From the NCBI GenBank assembly GCA_963724295.1, contig CAVRUC010000002.1, positions 160,001-224,000 of the forward strand: a DNA stretch of 64,000 nucleotides, given 5' to 3'. The translations under genes and the position numbers were made by a program. Position 1 is the stretch's first letter; the number at the start of each line of letters is the position of its first letter. Below the pieces are notes generated by a model. It saw nothing but the letters and a program-made list of their open reading frames with translations. It was not told the DNA's origin and did not search any database. Below, piece after piece: positions 1-9,667 of this stretch. The stretch comes from an uncultured Chloroflexia bacterium (GTDB taxonomy: Bacteria > Chloroflexota > Chloroflexia > Thermomicrobiales > UBA6265).

Positions 1-1231
1 AGAGGGCGGCGACCAGGCGGTCGACGTCGGCTTCGGTGTTGTAGACGTAGAAGCTGGCGCGAGTGGTGGCGACCACGCCGAGGCTGGCCATCAAGGGCTG
101 GGCGCAGTGATGGCCCGCCCGGACGGCGATGTTCTCCTCATCGAGGATGCTGGCGACGTCGTGGGGATGGATGTCTTGCAGGGTGAAGGAGGCGACACCG
201 CTGCGGTGCGCCGGATCCTTGGGACCATAGATCGTGATGCCGGGTATCTCGGTCAGCCGCTCGAGGGCGTAGCCGACGACCGCTTGCTCGTGGGCCAAGA
301 CGCGGTCCATCCCCAGATTGGTCAAATATTCGATCGCCACAGCGAGGCCTATCGCGTCGCCAACTGCCGGGGTGCCGGCCTCGAACTTGGCGGGGACCTC
401 AGCCCAGGTGCTCTCGGTCAACCCGACCTTCCGGATCATGCTGCCGCCGACCAGGAAGGGCGGCATGGCCTCCAGCAGGGCGCGCTTGCCGTAGAGGACG
501 CCGGCGGCCATCGGGCCGAGCATCTTGTGGCCGGAGAAGGCGAGGAAGTCGACGCCGAGCGCCTGCACGTCGAGCGCCAGGTGCGGCGCGGACTGCGCCG
601 CGTCGACCAGGACAGTGGCGCCGGCGGCCTGCGCCTGGCGCGCGATCGCGGCGACGTCATTGATCGTGCCGAGCGCGTTGCTGACGTGGGTCACCGCGAC
701 CAGCTTCGGCTCGCGCCGCATCAGGTCGGTGAAGGCCGCCATGTCGAGCCGGTGGTCGTCGGTCAGGGGAATGTAGGCAAGCTTGGCGCCCCGCTCCGCG
801 GCCAGGAGCTGCCAGGGAACGATGTTCGAGTGGTGCTCCATCATGCTGAGGATGATTAGGTCTCCCTCGCCGATATTGGCGCGACCCCACGTCTGGGCAA
901 CGAGATTGATCGCCTCAGTCGTGTTGCGGACGAAGACGCACTCCCGGTCGGAGGCGGCGTTGATGAAGGCGGCCACGAGGCGGCGCGCCGCCTCGTACCT
1001 CTCCGTGGCGACCTCGGAAAGCTGGTACACGCCGCGGTGGACGTTGGCGTTGAGGTGGCGATAGTAGTGGTCGAGCGCGTCGATCACAACGGCCGGCTTT
1101 TGGGAGCTGGCGGCGCTGTCGAGGTAGACGAGCGGCTGTGCGTCGGGGGTCGAGTGGGCCAGGAGCGGGAAGTCGTCCCGAATCGCGGCGGCGTCCAGGG
1201 TGGGGGCCAGCGCGAGAGCGGCGGTGGACAT
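1..1231 (-). CDS. sufS: Cysteine desulfurase, SufS (group II); 3' end runs off the window
   Basis: Manual minus-strand translation from ATG 1231 (GAGGAG RBS): YLDSAASSQKP, NANVHRGVY, VDGAQS, SGHKMLGP, FEAGTP and VRAGHHCAQP (SufS signature). Absent from the ORF track because there is no stop in the window. Confidence 0.95.
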   Translation of the reverse strand, partial: MSTAALALAPTLDAAAIRDDFPLLAHSTPDAQPLVYLDSAASSQKPAVVIDALDHYYRHLNANVHRGVYQLSEVATERYEAARRLVAAFINAASDRECVFVRNTTEAINLVAQTWGRANIGEGDLIILSMMEHHSNIVPWQLLAAERGAKLAYIPLTDDHRLDMAAFTDLMRREPKLVAVTHVSNALGTINDVAAIARQAQAAGATVLVDAAQSAPHLALDVQALGVDFLAFSGHKMLGPMAAGVLYGKRALLEAMPPFLVGGSMIRKVGLTESTWAEVPAKFEAGTPAVGDAIGLAVAIEYLTNLGMDRVLAHEQAVVGYALERLTEIPGITIYGPKDPAHRSGVASFTLQDIHPHDVASILDEENIAVRAGHHCAQPLMASLGVVATTRASFYVYNTEADVDRLVAAL

Positions 1232-1335
1232 GATGTATCTCCTCGAGGCGTGATGGCGGTATCCGTTAGGTGCTGTCGTCCTGGGAGTTCCTGGTGGCGA
1301 CCTCGTAGTCCGCTGGATGACCAACGAGAGCAGGA

Positions 1336-1593
1336 TCAGCTTGTCGACGCAGGCGCCGCCTGACGCTTCCAGATTCTCAGGACGCCGCGAAAAAAATTGG
1401 TGCACTGGGTCTCGTGGCTTCGAGTCGCGTCTTCCCGGGAAGAGGCCGGAACCCGGGGTGCTTCGGCAGAACGGCCAATTCGCGACGGGTGCCCTCCCGA
1501 AGGCCGTGTCGGCCCGAGCACCGCGTCGGCTAGCCACTCCAGACGCTGCACGTCGGCGACAAGGCGTTCCCGTTCGGTCATTCCTGGAACCAT
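1336..1593 (-). CDS. Small hypothetical protein (85 aa, MVPGMTERERLVADVQRLEWLADA...)
   Basis: AAGGAG RBS about 10 nt before ATG 1593; lies downstream of the STAND-LuxR gene, like other small ORFs in the window. Confidence 0.6.
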   Translation of the reverse strand: MVPGMTERERLVADVQRLEWLADAVLGPTRPSGGHPSRIGRSAEAPRVPASSREDATRSHETQCTNFFRGVLRIWKRQAAPASTS

Positions 1594-1850
1594 TGGACTG
1601 TTCTCCTTCGGGATTGACATGAGGCGCATGTCACCGTGCTGGCCGCTGCCTCGTTTCCGGCCCACCCCCGAGAGAGGACCGAGCATGATCACAGCCTGCC
1701 TGCCACGGCACATAACCACCATGAAAATGACTCACAAAACAAGTCACAGCTATCGCCGCTCGGGCGGAGTGAGATGAGTCCTCTGGCCGCTGTCGACAAA
1801 CACTCGGGTCAGCTGTCACCCGATGGCGTTGCTCCAGCGGCCGTGCTCGT

Positions 1851-1908
1851 AGGATGGCGGGGCGCCGCCGCCGCTCCATCGTACGAACTACGTATCCGGG
1901 GGACGTAT
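1851..1908 (-). promoter_or_regulatory. Operator/promoter element copy A (LuxR/NarL-type box plus -10)
   Basis: Minus strand ATACGTCC-N5-ATACGTAG-TTCGTACGATG-N20-CATCCT; same geometry as four other copies; about 70 bp downstream of the STAND-LuxR gene. Confidence 0.6.
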
Positions 1909-1978
1909 TTGGGCGACCATGACGGGGCGTACCCGTCAGTTGCGGGCGTCGCTCTAAGATCCGCGGTGGGCTACGGAA

Positions 1979-4303
1979 TCAGGCTCGGCCGAGCTGATGG
2001 GCGGCGGCGATGGCCTCGGCGCGGGAGTCGACGCCGAGCTTGGCATAGAGATGGGTCACGTGGGTGGTGGCGGTGCGGGGGCTGATGAACAGGGCATCGG
2101 CGATCTCGGCGTTGGAGCGTCCTTCGGCCAGGAGGGCCCACACCTCTCGCTCGCGCTCGGACAGCCCGCGAACCGACCCGGCCGTCGCCTGGCGCCCCGC
2201 GGCTGGCCGGGAGCGGCACGGCACGACTGTAGCGGTCTCGGCTGCAACGGAGGCGTCGGTCAGGGCTCGCCCTGCCTCGCGCGCGGCGTCGAAGTCCGCC
2301 GGCCCCAGACCCATGAATGCCGCTTCCAGCGCCCGAGGGTAGTTCACCCGATCGAGCGGCGGGAGCCGGATGCCGATCGCGTCGTAGCGCGCCTCCGCCG
2401 CCCCCAAGAGGCGCGCCGCTCGCGCCGCCTGGCCGTTCGCCGCCGCAACGTCGGCGAACCCAACCAAGGCGTCGGCGACCCCCCACCCGTCCTGCAGGTC
2501 GAGCCAGGTGTCCAACGCCTCGGCGTAGCGCCTGAGCGCCGATCCGTACTCGCCGAGATCGCACTCTGCATCACCCAGGAAGCCGAGCGTGTCGGCTACC
2601 CACTCCCGGTTCCCCGCTTTCCGCTGCCGGGTGAGCGCTTTCTGAAGGAGGCTGACGGCGCGGTTGGCCAGTCCCCGGCGATGCGCGACCAACCCGAGCA
2701 GCGTCGGCAACATCCCTTCCGGTGGCGCCCCCGAGGTCGCCTGCGCCGAGAGCGCCTCTGTGACCAGCAGCTCGGCGCGCTCAATGTCTCCTTGCAAAAG
2801 AGCGATCTTCGCCGTCCCGCTCAGTGCCTCCACCAGGCTGCCCTGGTCGCCGATCTCGCGAGCCAGCGCAACCGCCGAAGCGAGGCGCCGCGAAGCCCGC
2901 TCGTGGTCGCCCTGCACGAGCGCCATCCGGGCCGCGTTGACCAGGATCCAGCAGCGGCGGCGCGGCGGCAAACGTTCCGCCTGGTCGACGATCTGCTCCA
3001 GCCACCCCCGCACCTCGGAGAGGTGGCCGCGATGCCACCAGAACGTGCAGAGAGCGAAGGTCTGCCTTGCCGCGACCTCGATATCAGACGAGTTGATCGC
3101 CGCGGCGAAGGCGGCTCGCAGATTGCCAAAATCGGCGTCAAGCCGGTCCAGCCACGCTGCCTGCCCGGGTTCCCGCAGCATGGCCGCGGCGTTCTCCGCG
3201 AGCCCGAGGAAGTAGGCCGCGTGGGCAAGCAAGGCGGCATCCGCTTCGCCTTCTGCCTCGAGCCGTTCCAGCCCGAAGTGGCGCACGACTTCCAGCATCC
3301 GGTAGCGCGGTTCGCCGTCCGGTCCGGGTTCCCGGCACAGCAGGCTTGCGTCCAGTAGCGCGGCCACCCCGTCGAGCATATCGACGCCTGGATCACCCGG
3401 GTTCGCCGCCACCGCGGCACCCGCGTCCAGGGTGAAGCCACCGACGAAGACGGAGAACCGTCGGAAGTGCAACTGCTCCTTGGGCGCAAGCAGTCCGTAG
3501 CTCCAGGCGACGGCATCGCGCATGGTCTGCTGTCGATCCGGCTGGTCGCGCCCTCCCCCGGTCAGCAGCCGCAACGGGTGCTCGAGGTGCGCCAGGAGGG
3601 CCCTCGGCGGCAGGACCTTCACTCGCGCGGCGGCCAGCTCGATTGCCAGCGGCAACCCGTCGAGCCGCCGACAAACCGCAACGACCGCCTCGGCGTCGGT
3701 GTCGGCGTCGAGGGGGGTGAAACCGGCGTCTGCCGCGCGCGCGCGCTCGACGAACAAGCGCACCGCGTCGGGAACGCGGTCTGTCTGTGCCGAGATGCCG
3801 AGCGGCGGGATCACCTGCTCGTGCTCACCCGAAACCCGAAGCCGAACCCGGCTTGTCACCAGGACTCGCAGTTCCGGACATGCGCACAGCAGGCTGACCA
3901 CGAGCGGGCCGGCTTCAGCCACATGCTCGAAGTTGTCCAGCACGAGCAACAGGCGCTTGCAGCGAAGGAACGATGTGAGCCGCTCTCCAAGCGGTTCGCC
4001 ACCGGTTTCGCGGATGCCGAGCGCCCGGGCGATCGAGGGCCCTACCAGCCGATCGTCGGCGATCGGGGCGAGGTCGACGAACCGCACTCCGTCGGGGAAT
4101 GCTCCAGCGGCGGCGGCGTTGGCGGCAACCGCCAGCGCGACGCGGGTCTTGCCGACCCCGCCGGGGCCGGTCAGGGTGACGAGGCGCGCGTCGTCACGGC
4201 GCAGCAGCGCCGATACGGCCGCGACCTCGCGCTCCCGGCCGACGAGGGACGTCAGTGGGACGGGCAGATCCACGTGGTGGGACGAGGAGGGCACGGTGTG
4301 CAC
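1979..4303 (-). CDS. STAND (NB-ARC/AAA ATPase)-TPR-LuxR HTH transcriptional regulator
   Basis: Walker A GPGGVGKT, Walker [24 protein letters not shown], helical repeats, C-terminal [36 protein letters not shown]. Start uncertain (GTG 4303 chosen; ORF open to 4435). Confidence 0.93.
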   Translation of the reverse strand: MHTVPSSSHHVDLPVPLTSLVGREREVAAVSALLRRDDARLVTLTGPGGVGKTRVALAVAANAAAAGAFPDGVRFVDLAPIADDRLVGPSIARALGIRETGGEPLGERLTSFLRCKRLLLVLDNFEHVAEAGPLVVSLLCACPELRVLVTSRVRLRVSGEHEQVIPPLGISAQTDRVPDAVRLFVERARAADAGFTPLDADTDAEAVVAVCRRLDGLPLAIELAAARVKVLPPRALLAHLEHPLRLLTGGGRDQPDRQQTMRDAVAWSYGLLAPKEQLHFRRFSVFVGGFTLDAGAAVAANPGDPGVDMLDGVAALLDASLLCREPGPDGEPRYRMLEVVRHFGLERLEAEGEADAALLAHAAYFLGLAENAAAMLREPGQAAWLDRLDADFGNLRAAFAAAINSSDIEVAARQTFALCTFWWHRGHLSEVRGWLEQIVDQAERLPPRRRCWILVNAARMALVQGDHERASRRLASAVALAREIGDQGSLVEALSGTAKIALLQGDIERAELLVTEALSAQATSGAPPEGMLPTLLGLVAHRRGLANRAVSLLQKALTRQRKAGNREWVADTLGFLGDAECDLGEYGSALRRYAEALDTWLDLQDGWGVADALVGFADVAAANGQAARAARLLGAAEARYDAIGIRLPPLDRVNYPRALEAAFMGLGPADFDAAREAGRALTDASVAAETATVVPCRSRPAAGRQATAGSVRGLSEREREVWALLAEGRSNAEIADALFISPRTATTHVTHLYAKLGVDSRAEAIAAAHQLGRA

Positions 4304-4583
4304 AGGCTCTTCTGTCGGTTGCAGCAGCGCTGCCTCCCCGGCAGCCCGGGGCCCCAGCGTGCCGCCACCATCGTACACGTAAAGGCAGAGTAAAGTCGGC
4401 CCGTGTAGTGTGAAACAGGGACGAGCCAACTGCATTCACTCATGGCCCGCGCCTTGCGACCACGGGCAGCGACCGAGCGCCGGCGCCGCCTTTTCGCTAT
4501 TGTGGACGCGAATCTGGCAGCGCTCGACCTGCTGGCGGCGCCTGCGCCGCATGCACCGCCGTGAGGCGAGGGGGGATTGCGAC

Positions 4584-7421
4584 GTGAGGCAGACCCTGTA
4601 CCGGATCCGCTTGCTGATCGTCCTGCTCGTCCTGGCGCCGCTTGGGTCGCCAGCGGCCGCCGGTGCAACGGCCCACGCTGAATCGAGGGCAACTCCGCTT
4701 GTCCCGGTCAGCGCCGCCCAGGGCGCGGCTGACCTGTCCATCACGGCGCTCAACTGTCCGGCCGGCGTCGTTCCAGGTGTTGATGCGGCGGAGCTGGAGA
4801 TACTGGGCGATGATGCCCTGTTGGCGCTGGGATGCGTCCTGGCCGAGGGCGTCCTCTTCGACGTTCGAGCCGGCGGGCAGCGTCTCCTCGACGACGCGCC
4901 GACCGTCAATGGCCAGCTTCTCGTCGAGGGCCTTTCGCCCGGATCGCGTGTCGTCGCGCGGGAGAACGTGCCTGCAGGGTATGTGCCTCGTTCACGGCGG
5001 GTACAAAGCGCAACCGTAGGCGACGAGCCGCTCGCGCTCCTCTTCGTCAACGAGGAAGCTACCGCCGGCGCCACCGCCGATCTGACGATCGTCAAGCTCA
5101 ATTGCCCGCCCGATATCGGCGCGGTGGATCTCGCCGACGACGAGGAGTTGGCGGAAGCCATCGTCGCGGGTCAGGCGGATCTGACCAGCCTCGGCTGCGA
5201 GCTCGCCGATGGGGTGCCCTTCACCGCCGACGGGACCGAAGTGGGCGAGACGGCTGGCGGCATCCTGGTCGTCGCCGATCTTCCCGCCGGCGCGCAGGTC
5301 ACCGTCACCGAGATCGTGCCGGCTGGTTTCGAGGCGGTTGATCCGGAGCAGACCGTGACCGTGGGGCCGGGTGCGGTGACGCTCTTCGTCGATGTCGTGG
5401 CCGAGACGCCGCCCGCCGTGGCGGACCTGACGATCGTCAAGCTCAACTGTGGCTCCGTCATCGACCCGGAGGCCGTTGACCTCGCCGGCCTGGTCGGGGG
5501 TGCGGCGACGGTGCTGCCGCCCGACTGCGAGCTCGCCGAAGGAGTTCCCTTCGCGGTCGCCGGGCAGGACGCTGGTTCGACCGTCAATGGCCTTCTGACC
5601 GTAGAGGATCTGCCTGTCGGCAGCCAGGCCACGGTCACGGAGACGGTACCACCGGGTTTTGAAGCGCAGAGCCCGGAGCAGGTGGTGGCGATCCTCGAGG
5701 GCGGCGTGGCCGCGCTGTTCGTCAACGTGCCAATTGCCCAGGAGACCGCCGACCTGCTCATCGCCAAGCTCACCTGCACCGAAGCGGTCGACCTGGAGAC
5801 GGTCGACGTCGAGGCGGTGATCGAGGCGGGTCTGGCGGCCGACGTGCTGGGCGCCGGCTGCGAGCCGGCGGAGGGCATCCCCTTCGCCGTGGACGGTGAG
5901 CCCGTCGGCGCCACGGAGGGCGGGCTCCTCAGCATCGAGGGGTTCGCCGTCGGCGCCGAAGTGACGGTGACGGAGACGGTACCGGCCGGCGTCACCGCGC
6001 TCGACCCGGAGCAGACGGTCACGCTCGAGGCGGGCGATAACGCCGTGCTCTTCATCAACGTCCCGGTCGCGCCCGAGGTTGCCGATCTGACGGTCGTCAA
6101 GCTCACCTGCGCCGAGGAGATCGACCCCGCGGAGATCTCCCCCACGACAGTGCTCGACGGCGAGTTGCCGCCCGGATGCGATCTGACTGAGGGTATTGGC
6201 TTCACCGCGACTGACGCCACCGGCGCCGAGGTGGGGAACGGAACGACCGAGGACGGCCTGCTGGTGTTCGAAGATCTGCCCCTCGGCGCCGCGGTGACCG
6301 TGACCGAGACGGTCCCGCGCTTTTTCCGCGCCCTGGACGGTGAGCAGACGGCGACCATCGGTGAGGACGAGAGCCTCCTCTTTGTCGACGTCCGCGGCCG
6401 GGGCCGAATCGAGGTGGTGAAATACTTCTGCGGCAACCAGGACCGGGTGGGCGAGACCGACTTCTTCGTCGAAGCCGCCGCGGTCGAAGATTGCCGGCAG
6501 GCAACGGCCGGAGAGGTCACCTTCGCCCTGTCCGGCCCGGCGGGCGAGGTCGCTCGGGTCGAAACCGACGAGGATGGCATCGTCCGCTTCGACGCGCCGG
6601 CTGGGCCCGACTACGTGCTGACCGAGGTCACGCCGGACCAGAACGATGTCAATCCCGCAACCGACCCCTTCGCGGTCGAGACCGACGAGACAGTCGCCCT
6701 CAACGTCGTCGACTATGTCGCCGTCACCGGCGACATTCTGGTAACCAAGCTGGTCTGCGCCGAGCTGCTCGACACGACGATCGAGGTCGCCCGCTTCGGC
6801 GTGCCGGAAGGAGAGGAGTTAGGCGAGCTGGGCTGCGTGCACGAGGCGGCAGCCTTCGTCATCCACCCCTATGGCGACCGGCAGGCCGAGCCGATCGAGT
6901 TCGACGTCGAAGGGGACGGCATCGCCTATCTATCCGACATCCCTATCACTACCGATGAGACCGGTCCGCATCTGCTCGTAGAGCGCGGGTCGGGAGCCGA
7001 GGAGCTCTTCACGGTCGGACCGGGTGAGCTGACGGTGATCGAGGTGGTCAACGCCGCCGCGCCGCCGGTCGGCAGCGTCCTCGTCGCCAATCAGGTTTGT
7101 GCGGACGTGACGGAAATCGATGTCGAGATTCTCGAGCCGGTCAGGAGCGACACCTCAGCGGTACCCGCGCCGGACGCCGGATGTGACTTCGCCGCCGCCG
7201 AGTTCGCGCTCTACCCCTACGGCGACCTCGACGTCGAGCCGATCCGGTTCGAGACCGAACCGGAGTCACCGGTGCTCCTGCCCGCGGTTCCGATCACCAC
7301 CGACGAGACCCAACCACACGTCCTCATCGAGGAAGTGACGGGCCTCGAGGTGCGCTTCGAGGTTGCGATCGGCGCCGTGACCGTGATCGAAGTCACCAAT
7401 CCGGAGGAGACCGCCGGGTAG
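4584..7421 (+). CDS. Secreted acidic protein with 8 tandem Ig-like (CnaB/prealbumin-like) Cys-containing repeats
   Basis: GTG 4584 after a G-rich RBS; signal peptide (RIRLLIVLLVLAPLGSPAAA); ~110-aa repeats ADLTIVKLxC...C...VTVTE.VP.GF...LFV(N/D). Confidence 0.85.
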   Translation: MRQTLYRIRLLIVLLVLAPLGSPAAAGATAHAESRATPLVPVSAAQGAADLSITALNCPAGVVPGVDAAELEILGDDALLALGCVLAEGVLFDVRAGGQRLLDDAPTVNGQLLVEGLSPGSRVVARENVPAGYVPRSRRVQSATVGDEPLALLFVNEEATAGATADLTIVKLNCPPDIGAVDLADDEELAEAIVAGQADLTSLGCELADGVPFTADGTEVGETAGGILVVADLPAGAQVTVTEIVPAGFEAVDPEQTVTVGPGAVTLFVDVVAETPPAVADLTIVKLNCGSVIDPEAVDLAGLVGGAATVLPPDCELAEGVPFAVAGQDAGSTVNGLLTVEDLPVGSQATVTETVPPGFEAQSPEQVVAILEGGVAALFVNVPIAQETADLLIAKLTCTEAVDLETVDVEAVIEAGLAADVLGAGCEPAEGIPFAVDGEPVGATEGGLLSIEGFAVGAEVTVTETVPAGVTALDPEQTVTLEAGDNAVLFINVPVAPEVADLTVVKLTCAEEIDPAEISPTTVLDGELPPGCDLTEGIGFTATDATGAEVGNGTTEDGLLVFEDLPLGAAVTVTETVPRFFRALDGEQTATIGEDESLLFVDVRGRGRIEVVKYFCGNQDRVGETDFFVEAAAVEDCRQATAGEVTFALSGPAGEVARVETDEDGIVRFDAPAGPDYVLTEVTPDQNDVNPATDPFAVETDETVALNVVDYVAVTGDILVTKLVCAELLDTTIEVARFGVPEGEELGELGCVHEAAAFVIHPYGDRQAEPIEFDVEGDGIAYLSDIPITTDETGPHLLVERGSGAEELFTVGPGELTVIEVVNAAAPPVGSVLVANQVCADVTEIDVEILEPVRSDTSAVPAPDAGCDFAAAEFALYPYGDLDVEPIRFETEPESPVLLPAVPITTDETQPHVLIEEVTGLEVRFEVAIGAVTVIEVTNPEETAG

Positions 7422-8127
7422 TCACAGTTTGCATAGTAGGGATCTCTGCATCGGGATATCGAGGAGCGGAGCGCTCGGGTGCCGAGCCGCGAATGCCTGG
7501 GCCAGTTAGCTGCGTCGACGCGGCCCTCGGGGTTCCCGCGCCGTCGACCTGCGCGCTGCCCTCGCTACACTCCCCGTCGTCGTAATTTGCCTCGATGTAG
7601 GCGACGAAATCGGCGTGATACATCCCACAACTCTCGGGCCAGACGGTCCGGAACATGGGGCTGGACGAGAGTGAGTAGCTTATCCAGCTGTCCCAGGTCT
7701 TCCAGCGCTCCTGGTCGATCACCCCGTCGCGGTAGTTGAGGTACAGGCGTTCGAAGAAGTTCATGACGAAATACGTGTACTGGATCGCCAGCCGTTCGTC
7801 CTCGCCCAACCGCGAGAGCTCGTCTTCTCCCGGGTAGATCAAGCGCCAGATCTCGGGGTTGTCGATTTGCATCTGGTTGATCTCGTAGTAGGTGTCGAGC
7901 AAGTCGGCGTAGGACGCCCGCTTCGCCTCTTCCTCGGAATCGATGACCTGGTACATCAGGGCCAACACGGTAAAGAAGATGGCGGCGTTGGACGCGATAC
8001 TGAAAAACTTGGAGAGTTTGTCGCCGCGGGTCTTTTCGTCCAGGGAGCCAACGAAGGCCACGGCAATGATGCCGGCGAACACGACCGGGATGAGGACCAG
8101 GACGACGGACCCATCGATGCCCCACAT
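7393..8127 (-). CDS. Membrane-anchored hypothetical protein (two N-terminal TM helices plus a helical domain)
   Basis: ATG 8127; two hydrophobic segments; well-formed globular sequence (NFFERLYLNYRDGVIDQERWKTW). Confidence 0.8.
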   Translation of the reverse strand: MWGIDGSVVLVLIPVVFAGIIAVAFVGSLDEKTRGDKLSKFFSIASNAAIFFTVLALMYQVIDSEEEAKRASYADLLDTYYEINQMQIDNPEIWRLIYPGEDELSRLGEDERLAIQYTYFVMNFFERLYLNYRDGVIDQERWKTWDSWISYSLSSSPMFRTVWPESCGMYHADFVAYIEANYDDGECSEGSAQVDGAGTPRAASTQLTGPGIRGSAPERSAPRYPDAEIPTMQTVTTRRSPPDW

Positions 8128-8398
8128 GGTTTTCCAATGTACCCCGCTCTCCGCGGCCGTCGCCAACCGCAAGTCGCGGTTGGTTACTCCATCTCGACGG
8201 TCACCGGATCACTGATCGCGGACCGACGGGGCAGGGCAATAATGGCCAGCGCGGCGAAGCGATTCCGGCGGTGATCTGATAGGCGCTCGTTTCGGGCGGT
8301 GCGGGCGGTGCGGGCGGCGGGAGGGAATTGCGGTGGCCGACCCAGCCACCTCACGCGCAGAGGTTGGCAAGGACGGCGGTGGAGCATAGGTACTGAGG

Positions 8399-9542
8399 AT
8401 GCAAGACGTGCCGTTTCGCGACCCGGCGATTGAGCGAGTGACGTCGTTAACGCGGGAGTCAGTAGGCACGACGCCTCGTTGGCAGCAGCGTTGGCCTGAT
8501 TGGGTGGCATATGCGGCGGCGGTCTGGTCGCTTCTCTACGGGGTGCTCGGCGTGTACTGGGCGCTGGGCGGTCCGGGTTTTCCGTTCGGGCCGGAGAACG
8601 ACCCACAATCCGCACTCTCGATCCTTGAAGATGTAGAAGCGCCGACCGGCGGGCCGATCATCGCGGCGCTGGGGCTGGTAGGCGCGCTCATAGCGGTAGC
8701 AATGGCCCGGACGCGGGGACGTGGCGTCCTCCGCGCGGTAATGCTCGCGTTCGCCTGGATTGTCGCCGCGGCGTTGGTGCTGGTGATTCCCGACTATCGC
8801 CTGCTCATGGCCGTGGCCTACGCGCCCATCTTTCTTCTTGGTGCCCCGTTCGGGTGGCCCCCAGCAAATTTCTTCGACGTGATCACCTGGCCGGTCGTCA
8901 ACCAGTTCGTCTGCATCGCGGGCGGACTCTGCTGGGCCGGTGCGGCTCTGGCCTACCAGCGACGAAGCAGGGGCGTGTGCGCCAACTGTGGCCGCGCCGG
9001 CGACAGCACCAATTGGACGACACCTGCCAATGCGGCGCGGTGGGGCAAGTGGGCCGTCGCCATCGCGGTCCTCGTCCCTCTCCTCTATGCCGCGACGCGA
9101 TGGGCGTGGGCGCTGGGCATCCCACTTGGGATTAGCGATGAGCTCTTTCGCGAAGGTCAGGCCATCGGGTTGTGGTGGGCCGGGGCCGGCTTGGCGACCG
9201 TGGCAATCGGCGGCGCGCTACTCACCCTCGGGCTCGTGCAGCGCTGGGGCGAGGTCTTCCCCCGCTGGATCCCCGTTCCTCGCCGGAAAGCGCGTCCCGC
9301 CGGCGCTGGCGATCGTTCCTGCCTCGCTGGTCTCCATCCTGGTGACTTCTGCCGGACTGATGTTCGTCCGGCTAACGCTCCGCGGCGCGCTAGGCGAAAC
9401 CTTCACCTTCATCGATACAGAGGATTGGGCTGCCCTGGCCCCGGAGCTGCTGTGGCCGCTCTGGGGCGTCGCCCTCGCCGCGGCGACGCTCGCGTACTAC
9501 TACCGGAGACGTGGCACGTGCATCCAGTGCGGTCGTGACTAG
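8399..9542 (+). pseudogene. Multi-pass membrane protein with an apparent +1 frameshift near 9271-9274
   Basis: Hydrophobic helices in the 8399 frame up to EVFPRWIP continue as FLAGKRVPPALAIVP...CIQCGRD* in the 8940 frame; one extra C in ATCCCCGTTC. The two halves are internally duplicated (CANCGR / CIQCGR). Could be a sequencing error. Confidence 0.7.
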
Positions 9543-9667
9543 CTGGAGTGGAAGCAAAGGCGAGGTCCATGGCACATGGCGCGAAAGTGGAGATGGCGCC
9601 AAAGTGTGAGCATGCCCCAAGAGGAGAGCGCCGTCTATCCGCCCAACGGCGCGTGGCCATGAAGGGC

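Noticed and set aside
107..859. Long shadow ORFs (e.g. 107-859+, 1997-3358+, 5171-6580-, 19613-20716-, 48963-50888-)
   Set aside because: They lie antisense to well-supported genes; long stop-free antisense frames are expected in high-GC DNA and show no motifs.
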